NCBI RefSeq assembly: GCF_006345805.1
Contig: NC_042998.1
Span: 76,880,001 to 76,944,000 of the forward strand
Source: Octopus sinensis
Taxonomy: Eukaryota
DNA: 64,000 nt
Direction of reading: 5' to 3'
Shown here: positions 15,385 to 29,180 of the stretch, one piece after another
How positions within the stretch are numbered: position 1 is the first letter of the stretch
Layout: every line of letters starts with the position of its first letter
Notes under the pieces: model-generated
The model's database searches: none
What the model was told of the DNA's origin: nothing
Seen by the model: only the letters and a program-made list of their open reading frames with translations
Made by a program: the position numbers and the translations under genes

Positions 15385-16152
15385 CCGCGTCATCCCATAT
15401 TTTTTTATAATTTTATTTCTTCAAAACGAAGATAAAGTTCTTTTTTAATCTAAAATATACTCTCCCCCATGTTCTAGAATGCTCTTCCATCTACCTGGTA
15501 GGGTTGCCAGGCCCCTCTTGCAAAGTTCACTGGTCTATGAAGAAAAATACTCCTCCAGTAGTGTCCTGACCTCGTCTAGAGAATTCGTATTTTTTTCGTC
15601 CAAATGAAGAATGCGGAATAAATGATAATCGGATGGGGCAATGTCCGGTGAATATAGTGGGTGAGGCAACACTTCCCATTCAAACTGCTCCAGCCTTTGG
15701 AATGTCATCTTCGCTGAATGTGGCCGAGCATTAGCCTAGTTCCTCAACAGTTACGATGGGATTTTGTTCCACCAGTGTTTGCAGGACGACCTCGTCGAGC
15801 TCTACCGAGCTTCCAGGATGAGGCTCGTCTTCTAGGCTGTAGTTAGTTTGCGGCTCGAAATTTCTGGAACCACCGTTGACACTACATTAATATTCCTTCC
15901 ACTTTCAGTTGCATCGTTGCTTTTATTGAACTCAAAAAGCAAAATATGCCGAATATCCTTCTTTGTCACTTCCGATATATAACTTTGAAAAATAACTGTT
16001 AAAATCGAACTACACTCTTCAAAACTTGCACTAAGAATAAGTACAAGGTAAAATTACTACTTGCTTTTATAGCAAGTTGACGTAGATAGTTTATCTCCAG
16101 CTTTTAGTTCATGCAATAGAAAAAACCGCATTATTTATGGGATGACACAATA
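15385..16152 (-). mobile_element. Internally deleted mariner element with TIRs
   Basis: TIR cores 'gtcatcccata' and 'tatgggatgac'. The minus strand encodes IRHILLFEF, WFQKFR..YSLEDEP and NARPH...WEVLPHPLYSPDIAPSDYHLF, with the central catalytic region missing. Confidence 0.85.
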
Positions 16153-16167
16153 CACACCAACAGACAG

Positions 16168-16212
<45 letters not shown>

Positions 16213-16216
<4 letters not shown>

Positions 16217-16514
16217 CGTGATCACTGTGACCGACCAGGTTAACAGATGTTGCTACACATCGCTGGTCACAATTCCCTTCGCATTGTTTTAGTCTTCAAA
16301 TGACGCCACCTAAGCAAGCAAGCCAACAGAAGAAAGAGTGAAAGAAAGTTGTAGCGAAAGAGTACAGCAGGGATCGCCCCCCCCCCCTGCCGAAGCCTCG
16401 GGGAGCTTTAGGTGTTTTCGCTCAATAAACACTTACAACGCCTGGACTGGGAATCGAAACCACGATCCTACAACCGCGAGTCCGCTGTCCTAACCACTGG
16501 GCTATTGCGCCTCC
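16213..16514 (-). mobile_element. tRNA-derived SINE (same head as 27562-27931, different 3' body)
   Basis: Minus-strand head 'ggaggcgcaatagcccagtggttagg...ggtttcgattcccag'. Confidence 0.8.
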
Positions 16515-16570
16515 ACACGCACACTCATATATATGTATGTATATACGCATATACATATGCATATATATAC

Positions 16571-16646
<76 letters not shown>

Positions 16647-17038
16647 GACACACATATATGTATGTGTGTGCGTGCGCAAGCGTGTGAACGAGTGCGTATG
16701 TATAAATTTACTTATGTATTCATATATACTTATGAATACATATACTTTTGTATTCATATATTTGTTTCTCTTCAAGCGGGTGAGTTATCACTGTTGAAGG
16801 TTAACAAAAGGAGATGAGACTGTTTCTGTACTGTATAGCAGGGAGGTTAAGATGCAATCGTGAGAGATCCAAGGAATTGAAGAGACTATCTACAGGCCTT
16901 TTCGGACTGCAGCTATTTCGTTGGACGTCTAATAAGTGTTTCTTAAAAACGTTCGTTACACTATGGCAAGCTTCGCCAAAGTGAAATAAGGTGTAAAGCT
17001 GGCGTTTCTGTTACTCTGTCTATCTCGACTACTTCTCA

Positions 17039-17070
<32 letters not shown>

Positions 17071-18479
17071 TTCACATACACGTGAACATATAATGTTAAT
17101 TCTGGGTTGTTCTTTTAAATAAACTGTAAGAATAGAAGCAGTAAATTTACTCATGGGGTTGGGTTGGAATCAAGTCTAATTGTAAAGTCAATTTTATAAT
17201 TGAATTAATTATGGCTGGAACTTTAAGTTTCGCCTGAGGACTTGTTCAGTTAGTCTGGTTAAATAAGCTGCCAGTCCTTGTGAAAACTAATTGCCTTATG
17301 TATAGGAATATGTGTTGTGTTAGTGTGTTTATGTGTGTATGTGTGTCCGTCCATAACATTTTATTAGTAGTTTGTTGCAGCGGTGAAAACTACAATATAC
17401 AAGGGTTATTCATTGATAGATGACTGTGTTTTTGTCATTTGTTGTTTTACTAGTTTAGTGGTTTTGCAAAAAAAAAAAAAAAAAAAAATAAATAAATAAA
17501 ATAAAATAAAATAGAAATAAAAAATAAATGAATAAAACAACAAAATAGAATAAATCTTAAAGGTGCTACATATCACTTCGAGAGCATGAATACCAAATAG
17601 TAACGAATTAAGATATTTAGCAGGTCAAAGTATGAACGAAAGAAAATTCTCACAAAAAAACAGAAATTAGAAAATGCAGGAAAAGAGGAAGGGTTAAGAA
17701 TAGTAATAACATTAATGCAAATAAAAGCAACAACAAGAATAATGATAAATTTCGGAGAAAAATATGCGTAGGAATCAATATGTAAATAGTACCAGCACTA
17801 TTTATAACAATGATTTCTTTATCTTTGTTATTTCTTGAATATTAATAATGGTAAGAAGAAGAAGAAGAAGAATACAATGAATAGAAAGAAGATATAACAA
17901 TAATGACCCGAAGCGAAAATAGTGTGAACAGAAAGCTCAAATTTGATAAATGCAGAAAGCAATGGTAAATTCTGTCATCAAAAACGCTTTATTAGCAAAT
18001 AGAAATAGCAGTTTTGGAAAGAATGCAAGACATTTAATAATTTTGTGAATTAGATGAAAAAATACTAGTAAAAATAACTTTATTAAAAGATAACTAATTC
18101 AATATTCAATATAAAAGAAAGATTAAAAAAATTAAATAGTGAGAGAATGAATGTAAAAAGTGGACAAAAACATAGATGAAAGAGATGAAGAAGAAACAAA
18201 GAAAGAACCAACAATAACAAAGCAAATATTCTATATAAAGAATGAAATTTGAATGCGAAAACAATGATAGAAAGAATGAAATTCAACAGGAAGACATGAA
18301 ATTGTCATAATTAAACAATTTCAAGCGTGGTCCGACGGAACCATGACATAAGGCAAAGAGCCGCGGTTGCCTAAATACGCGAGGGCTTCATTGATCGATT
18401 CGCTAAGCAAGAATGATATCAATGTTCGTGGCACTGACTTTAAATGTTTCCAGCACATCAGTACATAAAATGCTTAACC

Positions 18480-19040
18480 GTATTTCGTCTGCCGTTACGT
18501 TCTGAGTTCCAATTCCACCGAGGTCAGCTTTGCCTTTCATCCTTTCAGGGTCGATAAATTAATTACCAGTTACGCACTGGTGTCGATATAATCGACTTAA
18601 TCCGTTTGTCTGTCCTTGTTTGTCCTCTCTGTGTTTAGCCTCTTGTGGGTAGTAAAGAAATAGGTATTTCATCTGCCGTTACGTTCTGAGTTCAAATTCC
18701 ACTGAGGTCGACTATGACTTTCATCCTTCCTGGGTCGCTTAAATAAATACCAGTTACGCACTGGGGTCGATATAATCGACTTAATCTGTTTGTCGGTCCT
18801 TGTTTGTCCCCTCTGTGTTTAGCCGCTTGTGGGTAGTAAACAAATAGAAATAGGTATTTCGTCTGCCGTTACGTTCTGAGTTCAAATTCCGCCGAGGTCG
18901 ACTTTGCCTTTCATCATTTCGGGGTCGATAAATTAAGTACCAGTTACGTACTGGAGTCGATGTAATCGACTTAGTCCCTTTGTCTGTCCTTGTTTGTCCC
19001 CTTTATATTTAGCTCCTTGTGGGCAATAAAGAAATAAGAA
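18480..19040 (+). repeat. Three tandem ~185-bp units of a SINE body (Deu/Nin-core-like)
   Basis: Units start with 'gtatttc' at 18480, 18664 and 18854 and carry a B-box-like 'gagttcaaattcc' plus 'gcctttcatcctttcggggtcgataaattaagtacc'. Confidence 0.85.
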
Positions 19041-20925
19041 AAGGAATGAGATCGTCTTGTTGTATGGTTTGACAATAGTGATCAATTCTCCATGCATTGA
19101 ACCACACACCTTTAGAATATTCCTGCTTTCTAGCTATGTGAGTCATTATAATGTGATATTGTAAATCTAGTAACGTGATTTTCCACCAAGTATTTTATGA
19201 TAAATTAACAGACACTGGAAATAGGTCGCGTGATGGGGACCATCATTTCTCCATTCTCCTTCGTGGTGGCTGTGGAATGGTCATTACCGCAATACTAGAA
19301 ATAGGAAAAGAAACAAAATAGCTTTTTAGCGTGGATTTCACCGATTATTTCGGTAAAATAAAGTATCCCTACTTACTGGAGCAGATGGTATCGACTAAGC
19401 TCCCACCCACTCAAAATTGCTCTTATTTAGACTAAGTCAAATGCCAACATTATTCTTACTAGTGCACTAGTGATGTAAAAAAAAAAAAATGACGGTGTTA
19501 TGAAAGAAATTAGCTGAATCGGGTGCTTAATGAATATATGAAAATGACACGTATTCCATATATTTGATATCGACTTGTTACAGCACATCTTATATTGCAA
19601 GGATAGGTTCATTTACCAAAAGTAGTATCTTTTGTCAGTAGTCAATGTTATATGCAATACAGCATAAACATAAACATCATTTCCCATTTACAATGCTGTT
19701 ACAGAGAAAAAGACATACCTCACAATATACAAATTTTATTCAATATTTGTTCACTTCATATACAGAAAATTAGATATATGTGCGTATATATGCATATACT
19801 CATATACACCAACTTACGATAAAGTTTATAATAGAATACTTTTATTATTAGTGTTGAAAAAATCGACTAGTCTGGCTCCGACTGTCAGGTATTATGGCAA
19901 TGCTACAAAATATTATTTTAAGAGATTGTGTTCGCCGAATCGTTGTAGTATCGGGAAAACTGATTCCCGTTCTTGTATTTGCCCCTATTTCTACATTCTA
20001 ATTTCACTTTTATCCTTTATCATGTATTGATCTGTGAGAAAATGTAACGGTCACGTACAGAAACTGAGTTTCATGTAGTCGACTAAGCGCGCCTGTCAAA
20101 AATTACTGACCATGTTCCTCAATTAGAACCAATTATAAAGACTGTTAACTGGTCGAATCGTTTGAGTGTCGGAAAAAATGCTATGCAGTAAGTATTCCAG
20201 GTCTTTTACAGTTTGAAAAACTTTGCCATTCATACTTTCGGGACCGATAGAATAAAATACCAGTGAAGAACTTGTGTCGATGATATCAACTTGTTTCCTC
20301 CCCTCAGAACCACTGGCTTATTGCTAAATTAGAAATCATTGAAAGTGGTGAGCCAACAGACTCGATCGAGTATCGGAAAATGTGTTGCGGTCTGTTTATC
20401 AGCTCTTTATGTTCTGAGTTCAAATTCTGTCGAGACTATCTGTTATTCATTTTTTCGAGGCCGAGAGCGCCTAAGTAAACGCATTGCATAATTTGTCATG
20501 GGCCCTTATTTTTTAATTGAAAACCGACGTTTCAGGCTAAAATAATCATTTAAGAATCCCTCCTTTATCCCTCCTACTAAATTCTGGCCTATATTTGAAA
20601 TTATAATATGCTAGATTAGTAGAAATCGTTAGAGTTTCAGAAAAACGTCTTGTAGTATTTGTTCCAGTCTTTTCCAGCCTTGCATTTTATCCACCAAGAG
20701 TTGATAAAATGAAGTTTCAGTCGATGATGTCGACTGGTTTTGTTCCTTCAAATTTTCTTGTCTTGTTTCTACATTTGAAAGGATTACTATTATTTTCTGT
20801 CGCAATGGAGGTTCTTGAATTGGCTTAATGTTTTAAATATGTGGTATAGCAAATTAATACACTTTACTCAATACTCCATGTTACGCTGGCAAATAAGTCA
20901 GAAAAACAATTCAAGACTACGATTT

Positions 20926-21160
20926 TGCGGCGAGCTGGCAGAAAGGTTAGCACACCGGGCAAAATGCTTAGCGGTATTTCGTCTGCCGTTACGTTCTGAG
21001 GTCAAATTCCCCCGAGGTCCACTTTGTCTTTCATCCTTTCGTGGTAGATAAATTAAGTACCAGTTATGCACTGAGGTCGATATAATCGACTTAATCCGTT
21101 TGTCTGTTCTTGTTTGTCTCCTCTGTGTGTAGCCCCTTGTGGGCAATAAAGAAATAAGAC
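20926..21160 (+). mobile_element. Head-bearing monomer of the same SINE family
   Basis: Head 'gcggcgagctggcagaaaggttagcacaccgggc' followed by the 185-bp body. Degenerate copies at ~20340-20460, 22470-22610 (-), 24660-24860, 36250-36450 and 63900-64000 (-). Confidence 0.8.
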
Positions 21161-24100
21161 TATGATTTTGCTGTCTTTTTAAAATATTACTGAGTTTAAC
21201 GCTTGTTTCGTCTTTCGGGATCGGTAAAATGATTACCAGTTTCATATTAGAAATGATTTAATTGACTAATTACAATTTACAAATGTTACGCAAATATAAA
21301 AATCGAATATTATTATTTACTGAAAGAAGGCAGCGAACCTTATACCTTTAGTAGAAAGGATTATTATTTACTAGAAGAATTGTCGTGAGTTGGTAGACAC
21401 AGTAGAGTAACTTGATAACTTGATTATATGTTTTATTGATTTTATTTACACTATCTGAGTTCCAATGCCAGATGCCTTGAGTCTGCCTTTCATACCTCGA
21501 AGTTCAATAAAAAAAATTAGAGGTTAGTATGTTAGTATCAAATCAGTTCCGTTACGCCTGTCCCACAAAACTTCGCTTTCGGATTGCTCAAAATAGCCAC
21601 CGAAAAAGGAAAACAAAAGAAACGACAAAAATCATTCAATCTTTTACAGCGCTGTATGGTAATATTATTTTCTTGATTTACTTGTGACTTTAATTTACTT
21701 TCTATCTTCCTTTCCGCCATCAAATTCCCCGAAGTAAAGCAGAAAAGAAGTCCAACAATCTCTTTCTCTACTCTTATGACCATGAGGCCTTTTGTTTTAA
21801 TTAAGAAATCGATATTGCTAATCATTCTGCTTGTCCTTTTCACACAATACGAGTCTATTGCACAATTTCTGTTCTCAGCTAATTTGCCTATCAAATTCTA
21901 TTTTATTTACTTATTTATTTATTTTGCCTTCTACAATGAAATGCTTTCTTTCTATTTCGATTTACTATCACAATTTTTGTTTTTGTTATTTTATCTTATC
22001 CCACCATACATTATCAAATTGCAAATGGTTATCATTGCACACCCTGTTTACTGTTAATCACTTTCACAACGTCATTTATCGTTAATAGTAATTTCATCAA
22101 GTTTATTCCATCTGTCACTTTAGATTGTTGGACTGCAATCTAATATGGTCGCCCAACAAAGCAGCAATGTGGAGGTGTTTCTTTTCGTGTCATTTCTTTG
22201 CTAATATATTCGCTTCTTTTCCTTAGCATGGCCAGCATAGCGTAGCAAATAAGCTTGCGATTTCAATTCCCGGTGCAGTTGGCAAGGCTATCGGCTAATT
22301 CTGTTTCGTTACATTGTGTTCTACTCTTAGAATTGAATAGAAATAGATGATCTCATTTTTAAGGTAGTTTTTCGAGATCAGTTTTACTGCCATATTCAGT
22401 GTATATAAGCTGAATTACTGCAAATAATGTTGTTCTTTTAGCTGTAGTCATAATAATAATTTCAAATTTTTGCCACAAGGGCAGCTTGGGAAAAGTGGGG
22501 ATGAGTCGATTACATCGACCCCAGTGTTCAACTCGGCGAAATTTGAACTCAGAAAGTAACGACGGGCGAAATACCGCTAAGCATGCTAACGATTCTGCCA
22601 GTTCGCCGTCTTAGCTGTAGTCATAATAATAAACATAGCAATGACAGAAGTAGTAATTGGGAAAATATTTATAATCACCTCTACTATGATATAATTTTAA
22701 TTGCAGTCAACTCAAATGTTTTAATACTTAAGATCTAATTAAAATGTCTGTTCCTTTTACGAAAATCACTAGCGAATCTGCTGAGTTGCTAAATCTTGAG
22801 CCTTTAAAAGCAGTAGCCTATTGAAAAATGTTCTTCTTAGACTTTTCTTTTTACAAAGAAGCGCTGTGGCAGAGAAAATATATGGAATCGTTACTTCATA
22901 TCATGTTTGTCATAGATGCTATTTTCTGAATATGGTCACGATATTTACTTTCAACAAGTATTGAACAGCAGTATATTGCATTTCAGCAACCAGACGTCGT
23001 ATGAATAAATGACGAACAATTCGCTGATTTCGCATTGTTCCTACGAAATGAAATATGTGCCACAACCTGTTGTCTGTTAAGGGGTGAGAGTTATTTATGA
23101 TTCGATTAACATTATTGAATATGCCTTTGTCTTAGGTTGTAACCTATTTTGAATATTGATCAGAAGGTCACTTAGTAAATTTTATTTTATAATAACTATA
23201 TAGACTAAATATTAACTGCTTGCTATTTATGCCTTTCTTTTATGAATATTTGTTGTATATCCAATCTATTCTATTTAACATTTTACTTTTTCCAGGCCTG
23301 AAAATAATAGCCAAATTCTGCTTTATATTATTTATTTTATTTTATATCTCTCTTTTGATTTCTCGATCACCTTCGTTGAACCTTCATCGTTTGTTTATAA
23401 AAGCAGCTACCGGAAACAATATGATATGTGGCCGATCTTGATAAGTTGCTTGGTGGCTGAAAATATTTGGTAGCCATCATGCTGTCTAAAAGTTGAAAAA
23501 TAAATATATTATATAAATAAATTATATTCAATCGAGGATATATAAAAACAAGAAAGAATTAGAAACAAGTGAAAAAAAAAACAGAAGATAGACATCTGAA
23601 AATGAGACAAATGTTACAATTTGTCAGGTGAACAGAAAACATTGCTGGAGAATAGCTTTGAGTCTAAAGTGGGTACTTTCCTTATCATAGATGATTCTCC
23701 AGAAGAAGCGAATAGACAAATATTATTTAACAAAAATAGAAGAAATTCAGTGAGATTCAAGGAAACTGGGGTATAGCAACCAAATCTCATTCAAATGACT
23801 CACTAGTGTCTTTCATACGGGTAACAGGTGTTTTGAGTCGTAAGTGGCGAATGAGTTCTACAAAACCTTCAACCATACTGTGAGGTAAATAAAGAAAGGT
23901 GCCACACAAATGATAGAATGGGTTAAATATTACATTGTTTGATAAGTTGGAGACTGGAATTAAACAGCGATTACAAGTAGAACCAACATCAACCACTTGC
24001 TGTTATAAACAATGACGGTCGTAGCTTTATATTTCTTGCTGCAAAGTTTCCGCGTAATACAGACATATAGCTGAGACACAAAAATAATGAAGAAACCAAA

Positions 24101-24985
24101 AGTAATCTTGTGTAAGATCTTAGAAATATAGATATTGCTTTTCCATACGTTATACAGACGATTCAAGGCAATAGAAACATAAGAATCTTGATCTAGAACT
24201 GACATAACTTGAAAATCATGAGTAAGAAATAGTCATTATAGCCGTGGAAATACTGAATAATAGCAGAATATGTCTTCAAAGACAGAGAGTTTCAGATTGC
24301 AGAACTGCAGAAAATAAAACACAACAAAACAATTATTTCTGTATTCTATATAAATCCATCAAAATCTTTCAGATTTGAAGAAACATCGAGACATTAAAAC
24401 ACAAGACATGAATCTTTTCGTATGATGAGCCCAAAAATTTAACGATGATGATTACTATAACGATTATTATTACTAATTACAGGATTATTTCGGACTTCTA
24501 CACAAGACTGAACATGTTATTGAAACAAGAAGTCTAGGAACGAAGTTACAAGTGAAAAGAAATAAAAATATATAAAGCAACGACGAACAATCGTAGACTT
24601 TACATTAACATATGATGACAATTTTATTTAGCATACTTTTGCTTCCAACACGGCAAACGGAGAGAGCCGTTGGCCCGCTAGCCAAAAGGCTTAGCGGCAT
24701 TTCATTCACCTTCATGTTCTAGGTTCAAATTCCTCTGAGGTCGACTTTGTCATTCATCCTCCCGGGTTCGATAAAATAAGTACCAGTTGAACACTGGAAT
24801 CGATGTAATCGACTAAACTTCACATCTAAAATTTCAGTCCTTGTGTATATAATAAAATGAGTTATTATTACTTACAATAATAGCAGAAGACCAGAAATTT
24901 TGAGGGAATCAGAATAGTCGATACCCTAGACAGCATTGATTAATTGATACTTTAATTCAAGTACAAATATGCGTATATAAAAGAA

Positions 24986-25044
<59 letters not shown>

Positions 25045-25089
25045 TGTGTGTGTAAGTGTGTGTGCTATATATTTGTATTTATAGTCGAA

Positions 25090-25290
25090 GGCGTGGCTGC
25101 GTAGTAAGAAGCTTGGATCCCAAAAACATGGTTCTGGATTCAGTCCCACCACGTGGTGCCTTGTGCAGACCAAAGCCTTGTGAGTGGGTTTGGTAGAGAG
25201 AAACTGAAAGAATCCCGTCGTATACATCTTATATCAATTTGTGTGTGTCTATGTTCATCCCCTACCACCGTCCGACAACCGGTATTGTAT
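25090..25290 (+). mobile_element. tRNA-derived SINE, partial (family of 54885-55257)
   Basis: 'ggcgtggctgcgtagtaagaagcttg...ggattcagtcccac...gaccaaagccttgtgagtgg...gaaactgaaagaa'. Confidence 0.75.
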
Positions 25291-25516
25291 ACACACCAGC
25301 GTAGGCATATATATACACGTTACACACACACATGTATATATAATAAAAGACATATGGAATTCAAAAATTGACAACAGCAGTTTCAGCAGATTTTTTTTTA
25401 TTGATGAACATTTCGCTTACAAAAGATTACAGCATGAAAAAATCATGGTATCATGGTTTTAAACATATTTAAAATTAACTAAGCCTTAAGATATATATAT
25501 ATATACGTATATAAAA

Positions 25517-25557
<41 letters not shown>

Positions 25558-25671
25558 TGTGTGTTTGTGTGTGTGTGTGTAAGTGTGTGTGCTATATATT
25601 TGTATTTATAGGCAGGCGTGGCTGCGTAGTAAGAAGCTTGGATCTCTAATTTAATATAATATATATATTTA

Positions 25672-26184
25672 CTAGCAGTATCGCCCGGCGTTGCTCGGGT
25701 TTGTAAGGGAAATAACTATATAAGCATTTGTAGAGAGTTATTTCCCTTATAGATGCCAATTCGGGCTTTCTTAGCCATTTCTGTTTTGGTGTCTTCAAGC
25801 CATGAAGTCGTTGTTCTAAAAGAACGCTGGTCTCCTTGACAACGCTTTACGACGTTGATTTCCTTACACTCCCTTCCCCACAGCTTCACGAGGGAGGGAA
25901 GAAGGGGGAGAAGCAAACAGGTGCAGGTGTGACCATGGACGCCAACTCCGCCGCCATCGACACACGAAAAATTATGCATTAAAATGGAATAAAAAATTAT
26001 GTTAAATTATTTTTAAAATCGTAGACTCATCGTAGACGCGCGCTAATACTCAGACGGGCTCGATATGAATCACGACTATAAGATACCCGAATTTGGTTAA
26101 ACTGCACCGCAAAATGTGGGAGTAGTTAGGAATCTAAATCGAAGGGGACAGACACTCACACAACTACAGTTTTATATATATAGA
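25672..26184 (-). mobile_element. Non-autonomous Helitron
   Basis: The minus strand begins TC(TATATATATAAAA) and ends with a CCCG-agcaacgc-CGGG hairpin followed by CTAG, inserted between A and T. Confidence 0.8.
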
Positions 26185-26418
26185 TATATATATATATAGG
26201 GTATGAAAGGTACTGGTGTCAGGAAGACCCAAAAGGTATCGGGTAAACGCTAAGTAAATGCTATGGATAGACCATAGTTAAGCTCTAGGTTCGATAATGA
26301 TACGGGTGAGGCATCCAACATGGGTCATGTATTATCATGCATATATATAAAGTGGCAGAATGAGATAAAAAAAACAACCAAGGCAGTACATAGATTTCAT
26401 GACATTTATCAAGAAAAG

Positions 26419-26466
26419 GTCTTACAGCTGTTCCCGGGATATTTTATGTTTCCCTTCATCAGAGAC
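26419..26466 (-). ncRNA. Type I hammerhead ribozyme motif (GAAA mutated) in a ~360-bp (TA)n-flanked unit
   Basis: Minus strand: gtct-CTGATGA-a-ggga..tccc-g-GGAA-cagctg-TA-agac. Stem I gtct/agac; palindromic stem III. Confidence 0.7.
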
Positions 26467-26562
26467 GGTGTGAGGAAATGTTTGAGTATTAATCATTGTA
26501 TAATTTCAGATTTAAACCAATCTTAACGAGTGAATAGGTGTCTATTTACTTCCGTATATATA

Positions 26563-26601
<39 letters not shown>

Positions 26602-26780
26602 GTGTGAGTGTGTTTTATGCACGAGAGTAAACATCCACAAACACACGTTTCAAGTAGTTATATATGTATAATGTACATATATACAAATAAATGTCTGAAG
26701 TTGCAACATGTTCCGTCATTTTACTGCTTTGTTCTACCAGTAATACCAATGAATATCTATTATTTTACATCCACACGTGT

Positions 26781-26840
<60 letters not shown>

Positions 26841-27315
26841 GTTTCTGTTGTCTGTCTATATACTTATAAAGACGGAGACACACACATAAATATACATACA
26901 TATACACATATACACATACACACAAACACATTAACACACACATGCGCGCGCACACACACTCATACACACACGTACACACACACTCACTCACACATGCACA
27001 AGCACATATATACATATGAACTTAGATAAATGACAAAGGAGCTGGAAATCATGCAATGAAATTCAGTATCTTACGGCTCTATCTTTTCTAAGATGCCTTG
27101 AACTCTCAGCTGAACCGTTTAATTTTAAGCTCATTGGAAGGTATAGCGTGATACTCCAGCAACCAGGTCTGGTAGCAGAATAAGTTCCTGTTCCTTTGAC
27201 ATTTATTTTATTTCATATTACGCTGTATACTCGATTAACGTTTTATTTTGAAGCACTTATACATTGAGGTTTAAGAATAGTTTATTAGTGTCGTTATGCG
27301 TAAGTAAAATAATAA

Positions 27316-27362
<47 letters not shown>

Positions 27363-27496
27363 TATATATATATATATATTACACTCACGCATCCTCTGAC
27401 CCCTCTGTCCGGCACTAGTCACCATTATAGATCGTTAGCCACTACACACATTTTTTTCTCTCTTTATTTCTCTCCTTGTTTTTTTTTCTGTGTACC

Positions 27497-27531
27497 ATTC
27501 TGTAGAAGAGCGTAGGCTCGAAACGTAAAAT
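27497..27531 (+). ncRNA. Hammerhead-like motif with variant core CUGUAGA in a pLTR-like unit (~27380-28005)
   Basis: att-CTGTAGA-a-GAGC-gtag-GCTC-GAAA-cg-TA-aaat. The unit ends in (TA)n and is homologous to ~43250-43435. Confidence 0.55.
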
Positions 27532-27561
27532 ACTTTTTCTATTCCTGAGCGTTATACTAAT

Positions 27562-27931
27562 GGAAGCACTCCGTCGGTTACGACGACGAGGGTTCTGGTT
27601 GATCCGAATCAACGGAACAGCCTGCTCGTGAAATTAGCGTGTAAGTGGCTGAGCACTCCACAGACACGTGTACACTTAACGTAGTTCTCGGGGATATTCA
27701 GCGTGACACAGAGAGTGACAAGGCCGGCCCTTTGAAATACAGGTACAACAGAAACAGGAAGTAAGAGTGAGAGAAAGAGTACAGCAGGGATCACCACCAT
27801 CCCCTCCGGAGCCTCGTGGAGCTTTAGGTGTTTTCGCTCAATAAACACTCACAACGCCCGGTCTGGGAATCGAAACGGCGATCCTATGACCGCGAGTCCG
27901 CTGCCCTAACCACTGGGCCATTGCGCCTCCA
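27562..27931 (-). mobile_element. Full-length tRNA-derived SINE with a 12-bp target-site duplication
   Basis: TSD 'cgttatactaat' at 27550-27561 and 27932-27943; A/B boxes in the head. Inserted into the pLTR-like unit just downstream of its hammerhead motif. Confidence 0.9.
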
Positions 27932-28001
27932 CGTTATACTAATACATCTGTTTGCTTTGTACACCACCTGTCTTCGTCTTTTGTTTCTTTTCGTAAACTT
28001 T

Positions 28002-28035
<34 letters not shown>

Positions 28036-28300
28036 TAGTGCATATGTTAATACATATACACACACACACACGTAAAGGCAAAAGCACTCACACACACGTA
28101 CGGGAGGTCAATTTGTTGAGTTGTTGAGTTAGGGTATATATATAAATATGCATACATAGAAAAGTAATCCATACATATACACGCACACAGACACAAGACC
28201 ACATACTTGCAAAGAAGCACGAGGATACACTCATAGAAATATACGCATATGTATATATATTTATCTACATCTCTCTCTCTCTCTCTCTCTCTGTATATAT

Positions 28301-28349
<49 letters not shown>

Positions 28350-28570
28350 ATTTGTATGTATTTGAATGTGGCTCATACTCTCACGCTCACACACAGAAGA
28401 AAAAGTAGTAGTAATGGTTGGTAATGACAATCGTCTAGTGGAAGACAACTATTTACTTATTGAAAGATTGTATACTTTCTGTAAATAGCTTTGATCATCT
28501 TGAGTTGCGTAATATGCATCGGTACATTGACATGCTTTGATACATATTATGTAAATCAAGATATACACTT

Positions 28571-28618
<48 letters not shown>

Positions 28619-29180
28619 CACATCGTTAAACGATGTATGCGGGTTTCGGAGACTTCTTGCCGAACAACCACACAAGTGAGTTATTTATAGAGATCAGATG
28701 TTTCTGTACACCTAAGCTGACTCCTATCAAATCGGCATTACCTGTACAGGTGTACGACGTGCCACATATCAGATGATGAAATGAACATAGAGCAACGTGA
28801 ATGAAGTGCTTTGCTCAAGAACACAACGCAACGCCCGGTCTGGGAATAGAATCCACGATTTCGCAATCGTGAGTGCAACATCACCTACTATTAAGCAACA
28901 GTTTGCATGTTTCCCCAAAAGGGAGAATTACAAATGTCGCTAATAGTGACTAGGCTGTTAGGAAACACCGACATTCCTAAAAATAAGACATAAACCGTTA
29001 TAATTCTGTGGCTAAAGCACATGAATGAAAGCATATACACTAACAGGGACCATAATCATCCGAAATGTGAAGATCATCGGACTATTGTGATCTCTGTTAA
29101 TGAATATGTTTTCATTCATGTGTGTAACCACAGCATTACAGAGGTTTAGCTATTATTTATAGCAATGTAGGTGTTTCCTA

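Noticed and set aside
19020-19300. Possible RT motif remnant (LEIGRVMGTIISPFSFVVAVEW)
   Set aside because: Too short and decayed to assign to a family by eye.
23550-24560. Purine-rich stretch resembling an ancient LINE
   Set aside because: No diagnostic motif could be read in any frame.
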